This document shows, piece after piece, positions 63,301-64,000 of a stretch of DNA of 64,000 nt (its first letter is position 1; each line of letters starts with the position of its first letter). The notes beneath the pieces were generated by a model, which saw nothing but the letters and a program-made list of their open reading frames with translations, was not told where the DNA came from and ran no database searches. The stretch comes from Halichondria panicea (taxonomy: Eukaryota): the NCBI RefSeq assembly GCF_963675165.1, contig NC_087378.1, forward strand, positions 206,562 to 270,561. Reading direction: 5' to 3'. Position numbers and translations under genes: made by a program.

Positions 63301-64000
63301 GTATCGTATGTTGCCGTGACAGTCTGTCCAGGTGGTGGTAGGGTGTCGATACTTAAACACACCTCAGCACTTGGACCACCCTCTGTCAGTGACAGCTGTA
63401 GGGGACCCTCAAATGATATCAGTGGATCCACAGCACCGTCAGAAGCTGTGGGGGGTAATGTGTGGGGTAAGGGGTGTGTGTGTGGGGGGTGGTACTCACC
63501 GAATATTGTGACTGTGGAAGTGGGTGTGATTATAGAGCACCCTCCCTGGGGGTCACTAAGGTCAACTAAGAAGCTCTCGTCAGGCTCGGCTAAATTGTCG
63601 TCAATGAATTCAACACGTGGACACTGCACATCGATGCCAAATAGAGAGGGTCCAAAGTTCACACTCACAGAGCTTGCCACATAGTCACTACCAGCTGTAG
63701 GAACGGACATAGTGTCATGTGATGTATGACAGGTATCATGAGGTGATCAACGTACCCATGGCTGTTCCATCTCTGGTAGAGAAGACGAGACTAGTGGCTG
63801 TCGTGGTTATCCCATCGAGCTGCACACACACAGAGAAGAAACCAGCGCTTTCAGGTCCAGAGTAGCTACTCTGAATGAACTGGAAGCTACAGTCAGCGGG
63901 GGTTCCATCTGAGGGGGATGGGGGATGGGATAGTAACAGTGGATTGCAGTGCACTTGCAACAGAGAATAGCCAAACAGCACAACCGCAAATTAGATAATA
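60340..64000 (-). CDS. Calx-beta repeat protein gene (multi-exon, 5' end beyond the window)
   Basis: Minus-strand exons encode several Calx-beta motifs: AGDDYVDKIGEISFTSTSPTRICLPLDIIDDSFFESNELFTIRLQ (62638-63264), AGSDYVASSVSVNFGP...VEFIDDNLAEPDESFLVDLSD (63246-63710), and ...VTLSPNTATVVIIDDDEG (61564-61782). Confidence 0.6.
61113..61460. repeat. 42-bp minisatellite (about 8 copies; unit about GGTGTGGTAGCGGGACTATGTATCAACACAGTGTGTGTGTAT) in an intron of the Calx-beta gene
   Basis: Direct observation. It produces periodic spurious open frames on both strands. Confidence 0.85.

Overview
This window is eukaryotic (metazoan) nuclear DNA. The evidence is canonical GT-AG spliced genes with mostly short introns (about 50-300 bp), AATAAA signals, abundant (CA)n/(TG)n microsatellites, and several MITE/foldback repeat families. 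No prokaryotic features (operons, CRISPR arrays, rRNA) are present. About 16 protein-coding genes can be supported from the sequence; coordinates come from manual reading and may be off by a few bp.

- Plus strand, 171-2077: the 3' half of a macro-domain mono-ADP-ribosyltransferase (PARP14-like), truncated at the window start.
- Plus strand, 2933-7896: a putative 3-exon gene with an N-terminal hydrophobic leader carrying a 2A-like motif (LLLLAGDVELNPGP), a death domain exon, and a C-terminal exon of unknown function.
- Plus strand, 9393-12040: a protein with RRM-like domains and a Pro/Gln/Tyr-rich low-complexity region.
- Plus strand, 13446-19086: a second, longer PARP14-like paralog (RRM-like, KH-like region, three macro domains, WWE, PARP catalytic domain). 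It carries an apparent frameshift at about 14764-14803.
- Minus strand, 19274-23067: a whirlin-like gene (HHD1-PDZ1-PDZ2-HHD2-Pro-rich-PDZ3).
- Plus strand, 23344-25887: a secreted Ntn-hydrolase (peptidase C45 / AAT-like) gene.
- Minus strand, about 26057-28346: an unknown gene.
- Plus strand, 28526-28848: a small two-exon gene.
- Plus strand, 29991-42740: an RGS12/Loco-like gene (PDZ-PTB-RGS-RBD-RBD-GoLoco).
- Plus strand, 43268-46600: MAEA. Its first intron holds a roughly 740-bp perfect (CA)n.
- Minus strand, 47065-48906: an intronless secreted CBM20 starch-binding plus esterase gene.
- Plus strand, 49261-52003: KCTD9 (KHA, BTB, pentapeptide repeats).
- Minus strand, 52554-55455: beta-TrCP (BTRC/FBXW11).
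- Plus strand, 55981-56983: PBDC1.
- Plus strand, 57173-60125: a Thr/Pro-rich mucin-like single-pass transmembrane protein with 21/36-bp coding tandem repeats and a duplicated TM-plus-tail unit.
- Minus strand, 60340-64000: a Calx-beta repeat protein gene, truncated at the window end, with a 42-bp minisatellite in an intron.

The most notable locus is the innate-immunity-like cluster at 1-19 kb: two macro-PARP paralogs, a 2A-like/death-domain gene, and nested MITEs between them.
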